Below, piece by piece: positions 27,194 through 35,874 of a DNA stretch of 44,464 nt (positions are counted from its first letter, which is position 1; each line of letters starts with the position of its first letter). Below the pieces are notes generated by a model, which saw only the letters and a list, made by a program, of their open reading frames with translations, had not been told where the DNA came from and made no database searches. The position numbers and the translations under genes were made by a program. The stretch lies in the UHGV virus genome UHGV-0192852, one strand, 5' to 3'. Origin of the DNA: a virus.

Positions 27194-27946
27194 TTAACGG
27201 CGGCGACGTTTACGTGGTGCTTCGTCATCGCGTGGCTTACGACGTTTACGTGGTGCTTCGTCTTCGTCGTCGTCATCGCGGCGCTTGGATTTCTTGGACT
27301 TGCGCGGTTTTTCATCTCCATCATCGTCATCACGACGTTTTAACTTTTTGGATTTACGCGGTGCTTCGTCTTCGTCATCATCCAGGTCGTCGTCAGAGCA
27401 AGATGCACCGCCGCCACCACCGAAGGAATCACCATCGTCACGGAAGCGCATACCAAGCAGACCACAGCCTAAGCCTTTGCCGTTGGTATTGTTCCAGGCC
27501 CAAATATCTAATGAAACGTTGCAATAGCAACCGGAATATATTTCCTTCCCTTCGATTTCGTCGCCGTCGATGGTCAGACCCTGCTCCGTCTGCTTCTCGC
27601 CTTCGGAAGTCTGGATGATAGGCTGTTTGAATGATTTGGCATTGATGTACAGCTTTCCTTCAAACTCTTCCGTCACTTCTTCACGCTCGTCACCATCACG
27701 AACTGCACATTCTTTCGAATCCTGTGCGTAGTGGCGGTCCATCCACTTATCGGCGTTCTTTTCAGACTTCAGCTTTTCGGTGAGCACTGCGCGTGCCGCC
27801 GCTTCCACTTTGTCCACCTGCGGATCTTCTTTATCAAGAATAATCACCGCACGATATGCCGGTTTTTGTCCATCCTTTTTTGGGGTATCACGCTCCCAAA
27901 TGTTAAGGAAACATACGCGCACATTTTTCAGGTTGACCTTAGCCAT
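27194..27946 (-). CDS. single-strand DNA-binding protein-like (phage gp2.5/DUF2815-like) with repetitive acidic/basic C-terminal tail
   Basis: GAGGA RBS before ATG 27946 (MAKVNLKNVRVCFLNIWE); C-terminus has three [PRK(S/R)KK-KRR][DDDD-DE] blocks encoded by tandem DNA repeats; family assignment is from memory. Confidence 0.5.
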   Translation of the reverse strand: MAKVNLKNVRVCFLNIWERDTPKKDGQKPAYRAVIILDKEDPQVDKVEAAARAVLTEKLKSEKNADKWMDRHYAQDSKECAVRDGDEREEVTEEFEGKLYINAKSFKQPIIQTSEGEKQTEQGLTIDGDEIEGKEIYSGCYCNVSLDIWAWNNTNGKGLGCGLLGMRFRDDGDSFGGGGGASCSDDDLDDDEDEAPRKSKKLKRRDDDDGDEKPRKSKKSKRRDDDDEDEAPRKRRKPRDDEAPRKRRRR

Positions 27947-28003
27947 TTTCCAATTCCTCATTTTCACATGTATCGGGGTTATTGTGAGCCACCCCGTTCG
28001 GCT

Positions 28004-28026
28004 TGGTTGCTAATTTACTTGGTTGC
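28004..28026. promoter_or_regulatory. paired TTGGTTGC motifs upstream of SSB gene
   Basis: TTGGTTGC at 28004..28011 and 28019..28026 in intergenic region 27947..28036. Confidence 0.45.
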
Positions 28027-28036
28027 GCCTAAGCGG

Positions 28037-28279
28037 TCAAGCACTTTCATTAAAAAGATTTCTGGTAACGTAGTTGGTGGCGTTCTCGATCCAGCTTAAC
28101 GGCGGTCGGTCGCCATGTCTCGCGATCCACTCCACGGCGATGGTGCTGTAACCATCATCCAGCCAGCGGGTCGGATGGCGAATCATCCAGGCCACCATTA
28201 ACACGCCTTGCACGCAATGCAGGATAAAACCCAGCGCGCCGAGCAAAAACATCAATAAGATTGCAAATACTTTATTCAT
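28037..28279 (-). CDS. small membrane protein
   Basis: 80-aa ORF with N-terminal hydrophobic segments (VFAILLMFLLGALGFIL). Confidence 0.5.
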   Translation of the reverse strand: MNKVFAILLMFLLGALGFILHCVQGVLMVAWMIRHPTRWLDDGYSTIAVEWIARHGDRPPLSWIENATNYVTRNLFNESA

Positions 28280-29702
28280 TGCTTAAGTCCTCGTCAGTAG
28301 CTTCGGACCACGCAGGGCGCTGGTCGTCGATTGGGGCTAATACCGGTTTAGCCGGTGCGCGTGTGATTTTATCACACAACTTCGCCCATACTTTCGGCTT
28401 CTCGTCCTTCAATACCTTCTCGGCGTCGGTAGGACTGAGTAATGTTTCTTTGTACATCACATCGCGCTTGATCCGGGCCTTCGTGAAGATTTCAATCACT
28501 TCGCTCTCGTCGGCCCATTTGCGAACACCAGCTTTACCGGCAACCATCTTGAGGCCCAGCGATTCACCATCTCCCGCCATTACGGCCTTGAACACTGCGG
28601 ACTCGATAGCCTTGATGTGCTGGCGCATTGCGTCTAGACCTTCGTATGCCTTACGCAGTTCTTCCGTGGTCATCGCCCCTGGCGCTTCTTCCTTCTTGCC
28701 CCGCTTCGCACGTCGTGCCGCTTTCCGGGCTTCGCTGGCCATATTGCGGTCGTGGTTGGCGCATTCTTCCTCTGTCGCCACGCTCACGTCGTCGCCCAGG
28801 TCTTCGTCTGTTGCCGTTGGTGGGGTCATCGTGTCAATTGCGGCCTTAGCGCGGGCACTACACTGACCCGCAAATCGGCACCACTGGCACGCGTCAACGC
28901 TCGGGCGGAAGTCGGCACGGGTAAGCCCCTTCTTTCCTCGGGTGTACGCTTCCAGGGCGGCAATAGCGCGCTTGGATGCAAACTTCGAGAATATTTCCAG
29001 CGCTTCCACTGAAATATCCCACTCTGACGCCCCGCCGCAATACGGTTGGAAGATAACCAGGCGAACGGTCGTAATGTCGTACATAGTTTGCAGCTTGCGA
29101 AGCAGGCCCAGCGCATACAACATAAGCTGTTTGTTTTCTTTCGCCTCGACCTTATGTCGCCCGGTCTTCAGGTCGCCAACGATAAGCATGTATGTACCGT
29201 CGGTCTTCTTCATGACCATGACCATATCGGCAGTACCGAACGTCTTCACCTTGTTGCCGTCCATCTCAAAGCCAGGATGCAAGACTCGGGTCAGATCGGC
29301 GCGCATCTCAAGCTGGACAAACTCCGCCACTTCGAGGAGCGGTCGCCAGTGGTCGATGTACGCGTCGCACTGTTTCACCATGTCGTCATTGACCAGTACG
29401 CCGCCTTTCGGCGCTTTCGGGTGTGCCTTTACTGGCCCCTTTCCTTCGTTCTCGACGTAGCACCCTTTATACGTCTTCGCGGTTATTTTCTTCTCACCGG
29501 CGATAATGCGGTTTAGCACCACTTCAGATACGGTGTGCATACTCGTACCGTTAATCGCGGCTTGCCCGGATTCGTTCGGGATATCTTTTTCGACCACCAG
29601 GGCGGCGGGGCACCCCATCCATTTTTTAGATCCCGATGGCCCGAGTAATGAGTGTTCTGTATTGCTACCTGATTGTGTTTTGCGCTTTGGTTTAATAGCC
29701 AT
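28272..29702 (-). CDS. PD-(D/E)xK nuclease with Cas4-like Cys cluster (DUF2800-like recombination exonuclease)
   Basis: GDLKTGRHKVEAKENKQLMLYALG nuclease core and C-terminal CQWCRFAGQC Cys cluster; 476 aa. Confidence 0.6.
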   Translation of the reverse strand: MAIKPKRKTQSGSNTEHSLLGPSGSKKWMGCPAALVVEKDIPNESGQAAINGTSMHTVSEVVLNRIIAGEKKITAKTYKGCYVENEGKGPVKAHPKAPKGGVLVNDDMVKQCDAYIDHWRPLLEVAEFVQLEMRADLTRVLHPGFEMDGNKVKTFGTADMVMVMKKTDGTYMLIVGDLKTGRHKVEAKENKQLMLYALGLLRKLQTMYDITTVRLVIFQPYCGGASEWDISVEALEIFSKFASKRAIAALEAYTRGKKGLTRADFRPSVDACQWCRFAGQCSARAKAAIDTMTPPTATDEDLGDDVSVATEEECANHDRNMASEARKAARRAKRGKKEEAPGAMTTEELRKAYEGLDAMRQHIKAIESAVFKAVMAGDGESLGLKMVAGKAGVRKWADESEVIEIFTKARIKRDVMYKETLLSPTDAEKVLKDEKPKVWAKLCDKITRAPAKPVLAPIDDQRPAWSEATDEDLSNE

Positions 29703-29890
29703 TATTCAACCCTTGTAAACTGAGCAATGTAATAATCGTGTTCAACATTGGCCCGCTTCGCGGCGTCGTTCATGGTTGATGCTAGTCCGCGGGCTTGCGT
29801 CCAGCAGCAATTCCAGTTTTGATTCATAATAATTTCTGGTTGCTCGTTGCCGGTAATACGGCAACGAAATAAAACAAAGAATATAGCCAT
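29702..29890 (-). CDS. hypothetical protein
   Basis: 62-aa ORF in early operon. Confidence 0.35.
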   Translation of the reverse strand: MAIFFVLFRCRITGNEQPEIIMNQNWNCCWTQARGLASTMNDAAKRANVEHDYYIAQFTRVE

Positions 29891-30141
29891 TATTTCGTCT
29901 CCCAGCGGTCAATCGTTCTTGCTTCGGATGCAACTGCAAAGCGAACATATTCCAGATTGGAATCCGCCCAAATATAAAAGTCGGGATTAGTAAAGGTGGT
30001 GCACTTAATTTGCGCGGGGGTATTGCGGCGTTTGTCTATTACGGCAACGCGTGACTGAAAATAGCCGATGCGTTCGAATAGCCAATAATACGGGCGTTGG
30101 TCGCGGGAGTCCACCGCCTCGATTAGCGTGAAGCGTGCCAT
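29890..30141 (-). CDS. hypothetical protein
   Basis: 83-aa ORF in early operon. Confidence 0.4.
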   Translation of the reverse strand: MARFTLIEAVDSRDQRPYYWLFERIGYFQSRVAVIDKRRNTPAQIKCTTFTNPDFYIWADSNLEYVRFAVASEARTIDRWETK

Positions 30142-30154
30142 TGTCTCGTCCTCT

Positions 30155-30181
30155 AAAAAGAGGCCCGCTAATCTGCGGGCC
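30155..30181 (-). terminator. putative attenuator/terminator within early operon (minus strand)
   Basis: minus strand GGCCCGC-AGATTA-GCGGGCC hairpin followed by TCTTTTTA. Confidence 0.45.
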
Positions 30182-30189
30182 GGATAATA

Positions 30190-30592
30190 TTAATCTTCCA
30201 GTTCGAAATAAGTTTCGACGATTTCTTTAAGATCTTTGTGGAAGTCTTCGACGTCGTCATCTTCCAGCTTGGCGATTGATTTGATCTCGAACGATTCCAG
30301 CAGGTCGTCGAATTCGTCGTTCGCGTCATCATCATCACCGCCTGCAATAATAGCGGCATACTGCTTGATTTCGTCGCGCATTTCTGCCAGCGGATCAGCT
30401 TCTTTCTTACCTTTGCCTTTCGCTTTCTTAGTCTTCGCCGGAGCTTCTTCTTCGACTACTTCTTTTTTGGCCTTAGACGGCTTCTTGTCTTCCTGCTTAC
30501 CCACGGCAGCGCCAACGGTTTCATAATGCTTTGCAATGGTTTCCAGTGCTACTACGCCGCGAGTGATCAGGTTTACGATTTGTTCAAACATG
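30190..30592 (-). CDS. hypothetical Lys-rich/acidic protein
   Basis: ATG 30592 (MFEQIVNL...) with GGAGAT RBS; first gene after the leftward early promoter; acidic C-terminus. Confidence 0.5.
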
Positions 30593-30787
30593 GTATATCT
30601 CCGATTGGTTAAGTTTAGGTGTCGGCAGTTAACTTCGTCGGTGGCCTTAACATATTGCCCGGTTGCGCGTTCTCCCGTTCGGGTAGTGGACCGGGTTATA
30701 TAATCACGGTTGGGAATCCTGACACTTCGATCCGGCCCCTGCGTTGCCCCTCTCCAGTTTGCGTCCTGCATCCTGTCGACGGGGTGA

Positions 30788-30817
30788 ATAATAGATTGGT
30801 TGCAGGATGGGTGTCAA
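30788..30817 (-). promoter_or_regulatory. leftward early promoter (sigma70-like)
   Basis: minus strand TTGACA-N18-TATTAT with a TGCAACCAAT motif in the spacer. Confidence 0.6.
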
Positions 30818-30828
30818 CAACTAATTTC

Positions 30829-30862
30829 AAAAAAAAAGCGCCGAGGCAAAATGCGACGGCGC
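30829..30862 (-). terminator. minus-strand terminator immediately upstream of the leftward early promoter
   Basis: minus strand GCGCCG-13 nt loop-CGGCGC followed by T9. Confidence 0.5.
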
Positions 30863-30994
30863 TAACCAATAAGAGACAATGAGACGGAAAGTATTATTAC
30901 ACGCGTGCGCGCCCGTTTCAATATTCCAGAGGAGTTGACACCCTGCGGTTTTAGGTGTAGTTTCATTGGTCATTAACCAACTGGGGGCAGAACA

Positions 30995-31324
30995 ATGAAT
31001 GTAAACGACGCAATCGAAATGTTAACTAAGACTGTTTGCAGTGAGACTAGCCGGTCCTGGGCGTATACCGATGCCGTGGGTGCGGTGCTATTTGAAATCG
31101 AACGACTGCGCAGTGTCGAAAAAGAATTACGCGCCAGGCTGGAATTGCTCAATGGCACGGCAGCAAGCAAGCTGCAAAAGCACAATGAAGAAATGGAAGA
31201 ATACAAAAAGCAGGTTATCCGTTTGCGCGCCGAGGGTAAATCCTGGGCGATGATTGCCGAGTTGACCGGAATTAATCAGAGCACAGTGCGCTCCTGGGTA
31301 CGCAATAATAAAACTTCTAAGTAA
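30995..31324 (+). CDS. HTH DNA-binding regulator
   Basis: C-terminal GKSWAMIAELTGINQSTVRSWVRN helix-turn-helix; first rightward gene of the control region, upstream of primase. Confidence 0.6.
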   Translation: MNVNDAIEMLTKTVCSETSRSWAYTDAVGAVLFEIERLRSVEKELRARLELLNGTAASKLQKHNEEMEEYKKQVIRLRAEGKSWAMIAELTGINQSTVRSWVRNNKTSK

Positions 31325-31334
31325 GGCCGCGGCA

Positions 31335-33599
31335 ATGAGCTTAATTAAATTCGCTGTAACACGACCCGCTAAAAAAGGCGAAAAAGCCAGGGCGGAAAAC
31401 TTCCAGATGACCACTGATGAATTTTTCGAATTTATCAAAGATGCGAAAGAGATATCGTCGGTGCATATCAATAAGACGGAAGATAAAGCCGAGTATGCAC
31501 GCCGCAAGCGTAAGGCCGATGGCATTGTGGCGTATACCAGTGACGGCTTACGTCGCAAGACCAGTGCGGTGGACCGCTCGATCCTGTTCTTCGATATTGA
31601 CCGTACTGACACCCGCACCCTACGCCGCTGCCGTAAGGCGTTCATCGACGCGGGACTGGAGCACGTCTTCCACACCACAACCGGCGACCGCCACCCGCTG
31701 AAAGGAGGCACGCGTTGCGCCCGTTTCCTGGTGTTAACTGACAAGCCTGTACCGGCGGAAGACCTGGGCCGCGCCCAGTATGCCTTGTTAGCCCAACTTG
31801 GTCTGTCCGATGTGGACTTCGATGATTGCACGAAAGACACAAACCGCCTTATGTACCTGCCCCACCAGCAATCGGTTATTAAGTGCCACTACGGCAAACG
31901 TGCCCGCATCCGTCGTCTGCTTCGCCTGGCTGATAAGCTGGGAGTGGAAAAAGAGGAAGTACGCCGCGAACTAACCCAGGGCGATGACGGCGTGGCGGAC
32001 GGCATTCTGGATTGGTGCTTCCAGGCAGGATTCGAACCGCTGTCGTCCGGTCGTGGTTATGAAGTGCCATGCCCGAACGAACATCTGCATAGTGGAGAAG
32101 GGTCCACCGCAATCATGGTTAAGGATGGCGAGATCCGTTTCAAGTGTATGCACACCGGCAACGAGTGTTGCTCGGAACTGAATAGACACCAGCACCTAGC
32201 GCTACGTCTTATCGGTATCCCTGACCACCTGAACGTCGAACCGCACAACATGTCACGTAAGCAGATCGCCGCCATCCTTCCGGGGCTTGACGACGAGGAG
32301 GTGGAATCGTGCTACGAACATATTGTTGATGCGGTTGGTGACGGCTACGAGTACGGCGAATGTACGGATGCAGACCTGGACAACGAGCCGGTCGCACTGT
32401 TCAGTAAGCACGACCCGATCATCGAAGGCCTGGTTAACTTTAAATCGACATGGTATCTCGCCGGTGAGTCGAACATCGGTAAGTCATTCTACGTGCTGGG
32501 CCAGATGGGCGCTGTTGCCGCGGGTATTCCTTTTGGCGGTGCGAAGGTCGTACAGTCTCATTGCTTCTATTTCGACGCGGAAGGTGGCGAAGCCTCCAAC
32601 CAGCGTAAGGAAGCATTGCAGATCAAATATGAGCACGACCTGGACAAGCTGCACATTATAGACCTGCAATCTCGCGGCTGGGATATCACCAGCAAATCAG
32701 GACTGCGTGAAGTTATCAGCTTCATCAACCGCACCGCTAACGGAGAACCGGTTGGCCTGGTGGCGTTCGACTCACTCAACCAGACTGTTGCGTTGCGGTC
32801 CGCCGATGCTAAACCGTTCGACGAGAACAACGCCAGCGATATGGGCGAAGTGGTCAAAGCGCTGAAGGCCATCGCGGAAAATACAGGCGGCAGCGCTGGC
32901 GTCATCCACCACCCGGCGAAAGGTGCAAACGGCAGCAGAACGCCACGCGGATCCGGCGCGCTTCATGGTGCTGTCGATTCCGCGTTCTTCCTGGAACAGC
33001 CGGACGACAACCAGCCAGGCCAACTCAACCTGTACCATGAGAAGTCACGTAACGGCATCAAGCAAGCGCCGCGTGGCTTCGTTCTGCTCAAGTGCAAAGT
33101 GAAGGTGGATCTACGCAAGTCCGAGGCGTTCGAAGCCCACCAGTCCACCAGCACCGGGCCAGACTTCGGTGATGTGGTTGCCGGTTGGGACGTCAAGCCG
33201 ATTGCATCCACGCCACGCGACGAGACTCTCTACCTCGTACCGGTCGCCCTGGCACCGTTCGCTATCGAACAGGCGAAGGCCGCGGGCAAAGCGGCAGTTA
33301 AGGAAGAGAACACCGCCGGACCGCGCACAGAAAAAGAGAAGGTGCTTTATGCGGCACTGGAAAAACTGATGGAAGATAACCCGGACCATACCGGATTCAG
33401 TAAGTCGGCAATTGTCCGCCAGGCCGGACTCGCGAAAGGTGGCACATCTACGAAGGCGATTGACGATATGGTTGAGCGCGGAGTGTTAGGTTTCTACACC
33501 GACCCGCACACCGGGGCCATCTATGGGTCGTCAAATATCGTCATCAAAACGAATATACCCATCACGCTTTCGGCGACCGACGACGACTTAAGAGATTAA
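31335..33599 (+). CDS. putative DNA primase / replicative helicase-ATPase fusion
   Basis: C-terminal RecA-like P-loop (AGESNIGKSF Walker A, VAFDSL Walker B-like); central Cys/His cluster (CPNEHLH...CMHTGNECC); 754 aa. Confidence 0.55.
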   Translation: MSLIKFAVTRPAKKGEKARAENFQMTTDEFFEFIKDAKEISSVHINKTEDKAEYARRKRKADGIVAYTSDGLRRKTSAVDRSILFFDIDRTDTRTLRRCRKAFIDAGLEHVFHTTTGDRHPLKGGTRCARFLVLTDKPVPAEDLGRAQYALLAQLGLSDVDFDDCTKDTNRLMYLPHQQSVIKCHYGKRARIRRLLRLADKLGVEKEEVRRELTQGDDGVADGILDWCFQAGFEPLSSGRGYEVPCPNEHLHSGEGSTAIMVKDGEIRFKCMHTGNECCSELNRHQHLALRLIGIPDHLNVEPHNMSRKQIAAILPGLDDEEVESCYEHIVDAVGDGYEYGECTDADLDNEPVALFSKHDPIIEGLVNFKSTWYLAGESNIGKSFYVLGQMGAVAAGIPFGGAKVVQSHCFYFDAEGGEASNQRKEALQIKYEHDLDKLHIIDLQSRGWDITSKSGLREVISFINRTANGEPVGLVAFDSLNQTVALRSADAKPFDENNASDMGEVVKALKAIAENTGGSAGVIHHPAKGANGSRTPRGSGALHGAVDSAFFLEQPDDNQPGQLNLYHEKSRNGIKQAPRGFVLLKCKVKVDLRKSEAFEAHQSTSTGPDFGDVVAGWDVKPIASTPRDETLYLVPVALAPFAIEQAKAAGKAAVKEENTAGPRTEKEKVLYAALEKLMEDNPDHTGFSKSAIVRQAGLAKGGTSTKAIDDMVERGVLGFYTDPHTGAIYGSSNIVIKTNIPITLSATDDDLRD

Positions 33600-33603
33600 A
33601 ATT

Positions 33604-33687
33604 TGCGCGCATTGGTTGCCATGTTGGTTAATTTCTGCGCGCATTGGTTGCCAAATTGCGTGTTTTTAGCTGGTAGTATTGGTTGCC
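33604..33687 (+). promoter_or_regulatory. direct repeats carrying three TTGGTTGCC motifs
   Basis: TGCGCGCATTGGTTGCCA at 33604..33621 repeated at 33636..33653; third TTGGTTGCC at 33679..33687. Confidence 0.6.
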
Positions 33688-33737
33688 GTTCGGTGTGATT
33701 ACTATGAATAGTTATGCAATAAAACTGCATAAACTAA

Positions 33738-33840
33738 GCGGGACAAAAAGCGGGACAGACCAGGGGCGGGACAAAGCGGGACAGCACCCCCGTCCCGCCC
33801 CGGATGACGCGGCCTGGCGGGGAGCGGGACAGGCGGGACA
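33738..33840. repeat. array of GCGGGACA(G) octamers (copy B)
   Basis: GCGGGACAAAAAGCGGGACAGACCAGGGGCGGGACAAAGCGGGACAGCACCC almost identical to 5887..5945; further copies to 33840. Confidence 0.8.
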
Positions 33841-33845
33841 ACTCC

Positions 33846-33894
33846 CAGTCTTTCAGACTAGACGGGGGTCAGTGGCCCCCCTCGTCTGAGACTG
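33846..33894 (+). other. conserved imperfect palindrome/hairpin (copy B)
   Basis: CAGTCTTTCAGACTAGACGGGGGTCAGTGGCCCCCCTCGTCTGAGACTG; two differences from copy A. Confidence 0.75.
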
Positions 33895-34054
33895 CATAAA
33901 ATCCGGGGATTGCAAAATACACGGCAGCATGTTGCGGATTGCGGTCGTCGACGAACCCGGCAACCAATGCGAGTTGCAGAATGGAGAGTGAAAAATGCAG
34001 TTTGCAGTTACAGCAGATAGCGATCAACTTTTTCATGCGCGTGATTAATATTGG

Positions 34055-34097
34055 TTGCATTCGTGCCAGCACCCTGCTAGATTGGTTGCACACCAAC
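34055..34097 (+). promoter_or_regulatory. sigma70-like promoter with conserved leader element
   Basis: TTGCAT-N17-TAGATT followed by GGTTGCACACCAAC and AGGAC RBS; same architecture as the minus-strand promoter at 170..141. Confidence 0.55.
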
Positions 34098-34111
34098 ATG
34101 AGGACCGAACA

Positions 34112-34402
34112 ATGAAAAAACTAATCTGGAATTACACAATGGCCCTGGCGAAGCCGGTCGAAGTGAAACACACAAACGGCAGCGCACCAGAGGCGTTCAT
34201 GACCGCTCCGGCCTGGCATGCGATCATTAACGCGACCGCGGGCATGGAAGACCCCAAGCCGTTGCGCGCGGCTATCAGGGCTTACGCGCTGGCATTTGCC
34301 CGCGAGCGCCTGGCATATCGCTTCGGTGTTGGCGATAAGGCAGTGACAAACATCGCCCGGATTAAAGCCCAGCGTGAGCTATTCGCCCAGCTTGAGAAAT
34401 AA
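34112..34402 (+). CDS. hypothetical protein
   Basis: ATG 34112 (MKKLIWNY...) with GAGGA RBS, in frame within track ORF 34055..34402. Confidence 0.5.
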   Translation: MKKLIWNYTMALAKPVEVKHTNGSAPEAFMTAPAWHAIINATAGMEDPKPLRAAIRAYALAFARERLAYRFGVGDKAVTNIARIKAQRELFAQLEK

Positions 34403-34411
34403 GGGGCCAAA

Positions 34412-34681
34412 ATGAGCCGTAGGCGAGCAAAACAGCTTTCGTGGCATATTCCACTGCATTGCATACGAATATGGGCTAAGAATGCGGTTGAGGGCGAATC
34501 TATATTCTGGAGCTATCGCGACGACGTGAAGCCGTTGACGCAGACTCGCTACTTGCACCAGTTCGCTGCACAACACGATTTCAGGGTGCGGACTTCCTTG
34601 CAACCAATGGGGATTCGTATTACATTACGCCGGAAGCCCGCCGTTGAGCGGGTGGGCAAACACTGGAGACTGAGCAAATGA
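34412..34681 (+). CDS. hypothetical basic protein
   Basis: 89-aa ORF, Arg-rich. Confidence 0.4.
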   Translation: MSRRRAKQLSWHIPLHCIRIWAKNAVEGESIFWSYRDDVKPLTQTRYLHQFAAQHDFRVRTSLQPMGIRITLRRKPAVERVGKHWRLSK

Positions 34682-34878
34682 CCCCAGCACTATTCGCAGG
34701 ATGTTCGCAGGAGTTTATCGACCTCGTATCCTGCTATGATGACTACACCCATTACGGCATCGCTACGGTATGTGACGGCGACAACCTTACCGCCGACGAG
34801 ATCGACGAAAGCGGGTGTGACCATAACCAGCAAGATGAAATTATCGTGTGCGACAAGTGCGGCACGGTTAAACTTTAA
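34678..34878 (+). CDS. small Cys-rich (putative zinc-binding) protein
   Basis: 66 aa with eight Cys including C-terminal CDKC. Confidence 0.45.
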   Translation: MTPALFAGCSQEFIDLVSCYDDYTHYGIATVCDGDNLTADEIDESGCDHNQQDEIIVCDKCGTVKL

Positions 34879-34890
34879 GGAGACAGAACA

Positions 34891-35448
34891 ATGAAATTAC
34901 TATTCCGCCGTAAGCGCGATGGCTACATCATGAAGCCGATCCAGACCATGGCCAAATACGTGCTATTGCGCCACGTTCACAGCGGCCTTGAGTGTATGAC
35001 GACTAAGGCAAATCTGCCGGAGGGGTACGACGTACTCACACATGATATTGAGCGCGGCGATGTGCTGCGTGATATTCGCCACGGCAGTATGTGGATCGTC
35101 GAGTATGTCGGGCTTCACGGCCTGCGTATGCAAAACCGCAAGGATGGCGTCGTCGGTATGACTTACTTCGGCCTTGTCAACTACGAGCGAGTGGGTCGCA
35201 AATCCGGCCTTCTGGACCGCCAGCCGCGTGAGCGCGTTGAGTTCCGCAAGTCGCAGCCCGCCTACGCCACCTACGACGCAAGCCAGGTGCAGGCGAAGAT
35301 GAAACGCGCCGCACACGAAATCGTCAATCGCTTTGATGCCGTGACGAATGCACAGCGCCAGGCACGGGAATACGGCGTCGGATTCATCCGGGTAGAACGT
35401 GACGGCAGCATGGAGGCCATCGACCCGCGCTCGGTGATTCTGAAATGA
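34891..35448 (+). CDS. hypothetical protein
   Basis: 185-aa ORF; start ambiguous (alternative internal Met residues). Confidence 0.45.
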   Translation: MKLLFRRKRDGYIMKPIQTMAKYVLLRHVHSGLECMTTKANLPEGYDVLTHDIERGDVLRDIRHGSMWIVEYVGLHGLRMQNRKDGVVGMTYFGLVNYERVGRKSGLLDRQPRERVEFRKSQPAYATYDASQVQAKMKRAAHEIVNRFDAVTNAQRQAREYGVGFIRVERDGSMEAIDPRSVILK

Positions 35449-35569
35449 GTGCGACTATCCGGGATATGCTCATGCACAACCGCTTTGAGATAGGCGGTCG
35501 GGTATTTCGCAATTACTTCGTGGCGCGTGCATGGGCGCGCCATATTGGCAAACCGGAAGGGGCAATTCG

Positions 35570-35857
35570 ATGTTACACGATGTGATTTATTGGTTTGGTT
35601 TGATCTGCGGGCTGTGCCTGCTTACCGCGGTGCTGTTGGGCCTCCTGATGTTCCTGATTTGGCCCGCGGTTGAAGCTGCCAGCATTACCCGCATGACGTT
35701 CCAGATATACAAGCGCCGTGGAATCACGGAGCACCCGACCAGGCTGCGCATGTGGTGGCTGTGGTATCGCGATATGATTGGGGGTCGGATGTTCGAGGCC
35801 GTCCGATCGAACGGATGGGAATGGAAAGGCGTCGGCAAGTGGTCCATTTTCGATTAA
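35570..35857 (+). CDS. small membrane protein
   Basis: ATG 35570 (MLHDVIYWFGLICGLCLLTAVLLGLLMFLIW) hydrophobic N-terminus; followed by terminator. Confidence 0.45.
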   Translation: MLHDVIYWFGLICGLCLLTAVLLGLLMFLIWPAVEAASITRMTFQIYKRRGITEHPTRLRMWWLWYRDMIGGRMFEAVRSNGWEWKGVGKWSIFD

Positions 35858-35874
35858 TTATGCAAGCGTGATAT

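Noticed and set aside
27285-27527. 80-aa plus-strand ORF rich in Ser/Arg (SSSSSRRFNFLDLRG)
   Set aside because: It is the antisense reading of the tandem repeats encoding the SSB C-terminal tail.
32015-32080. tRNA-like T-loop signature (GGTTCGAATCC on the minus strand) suggesting a tRNA gene
   Set aside because: It lies inside the primase/helicase coding sequence; the flanking bases form only 2 bp of the required T-stem and there is no acceptor stem, so it is a chance match.
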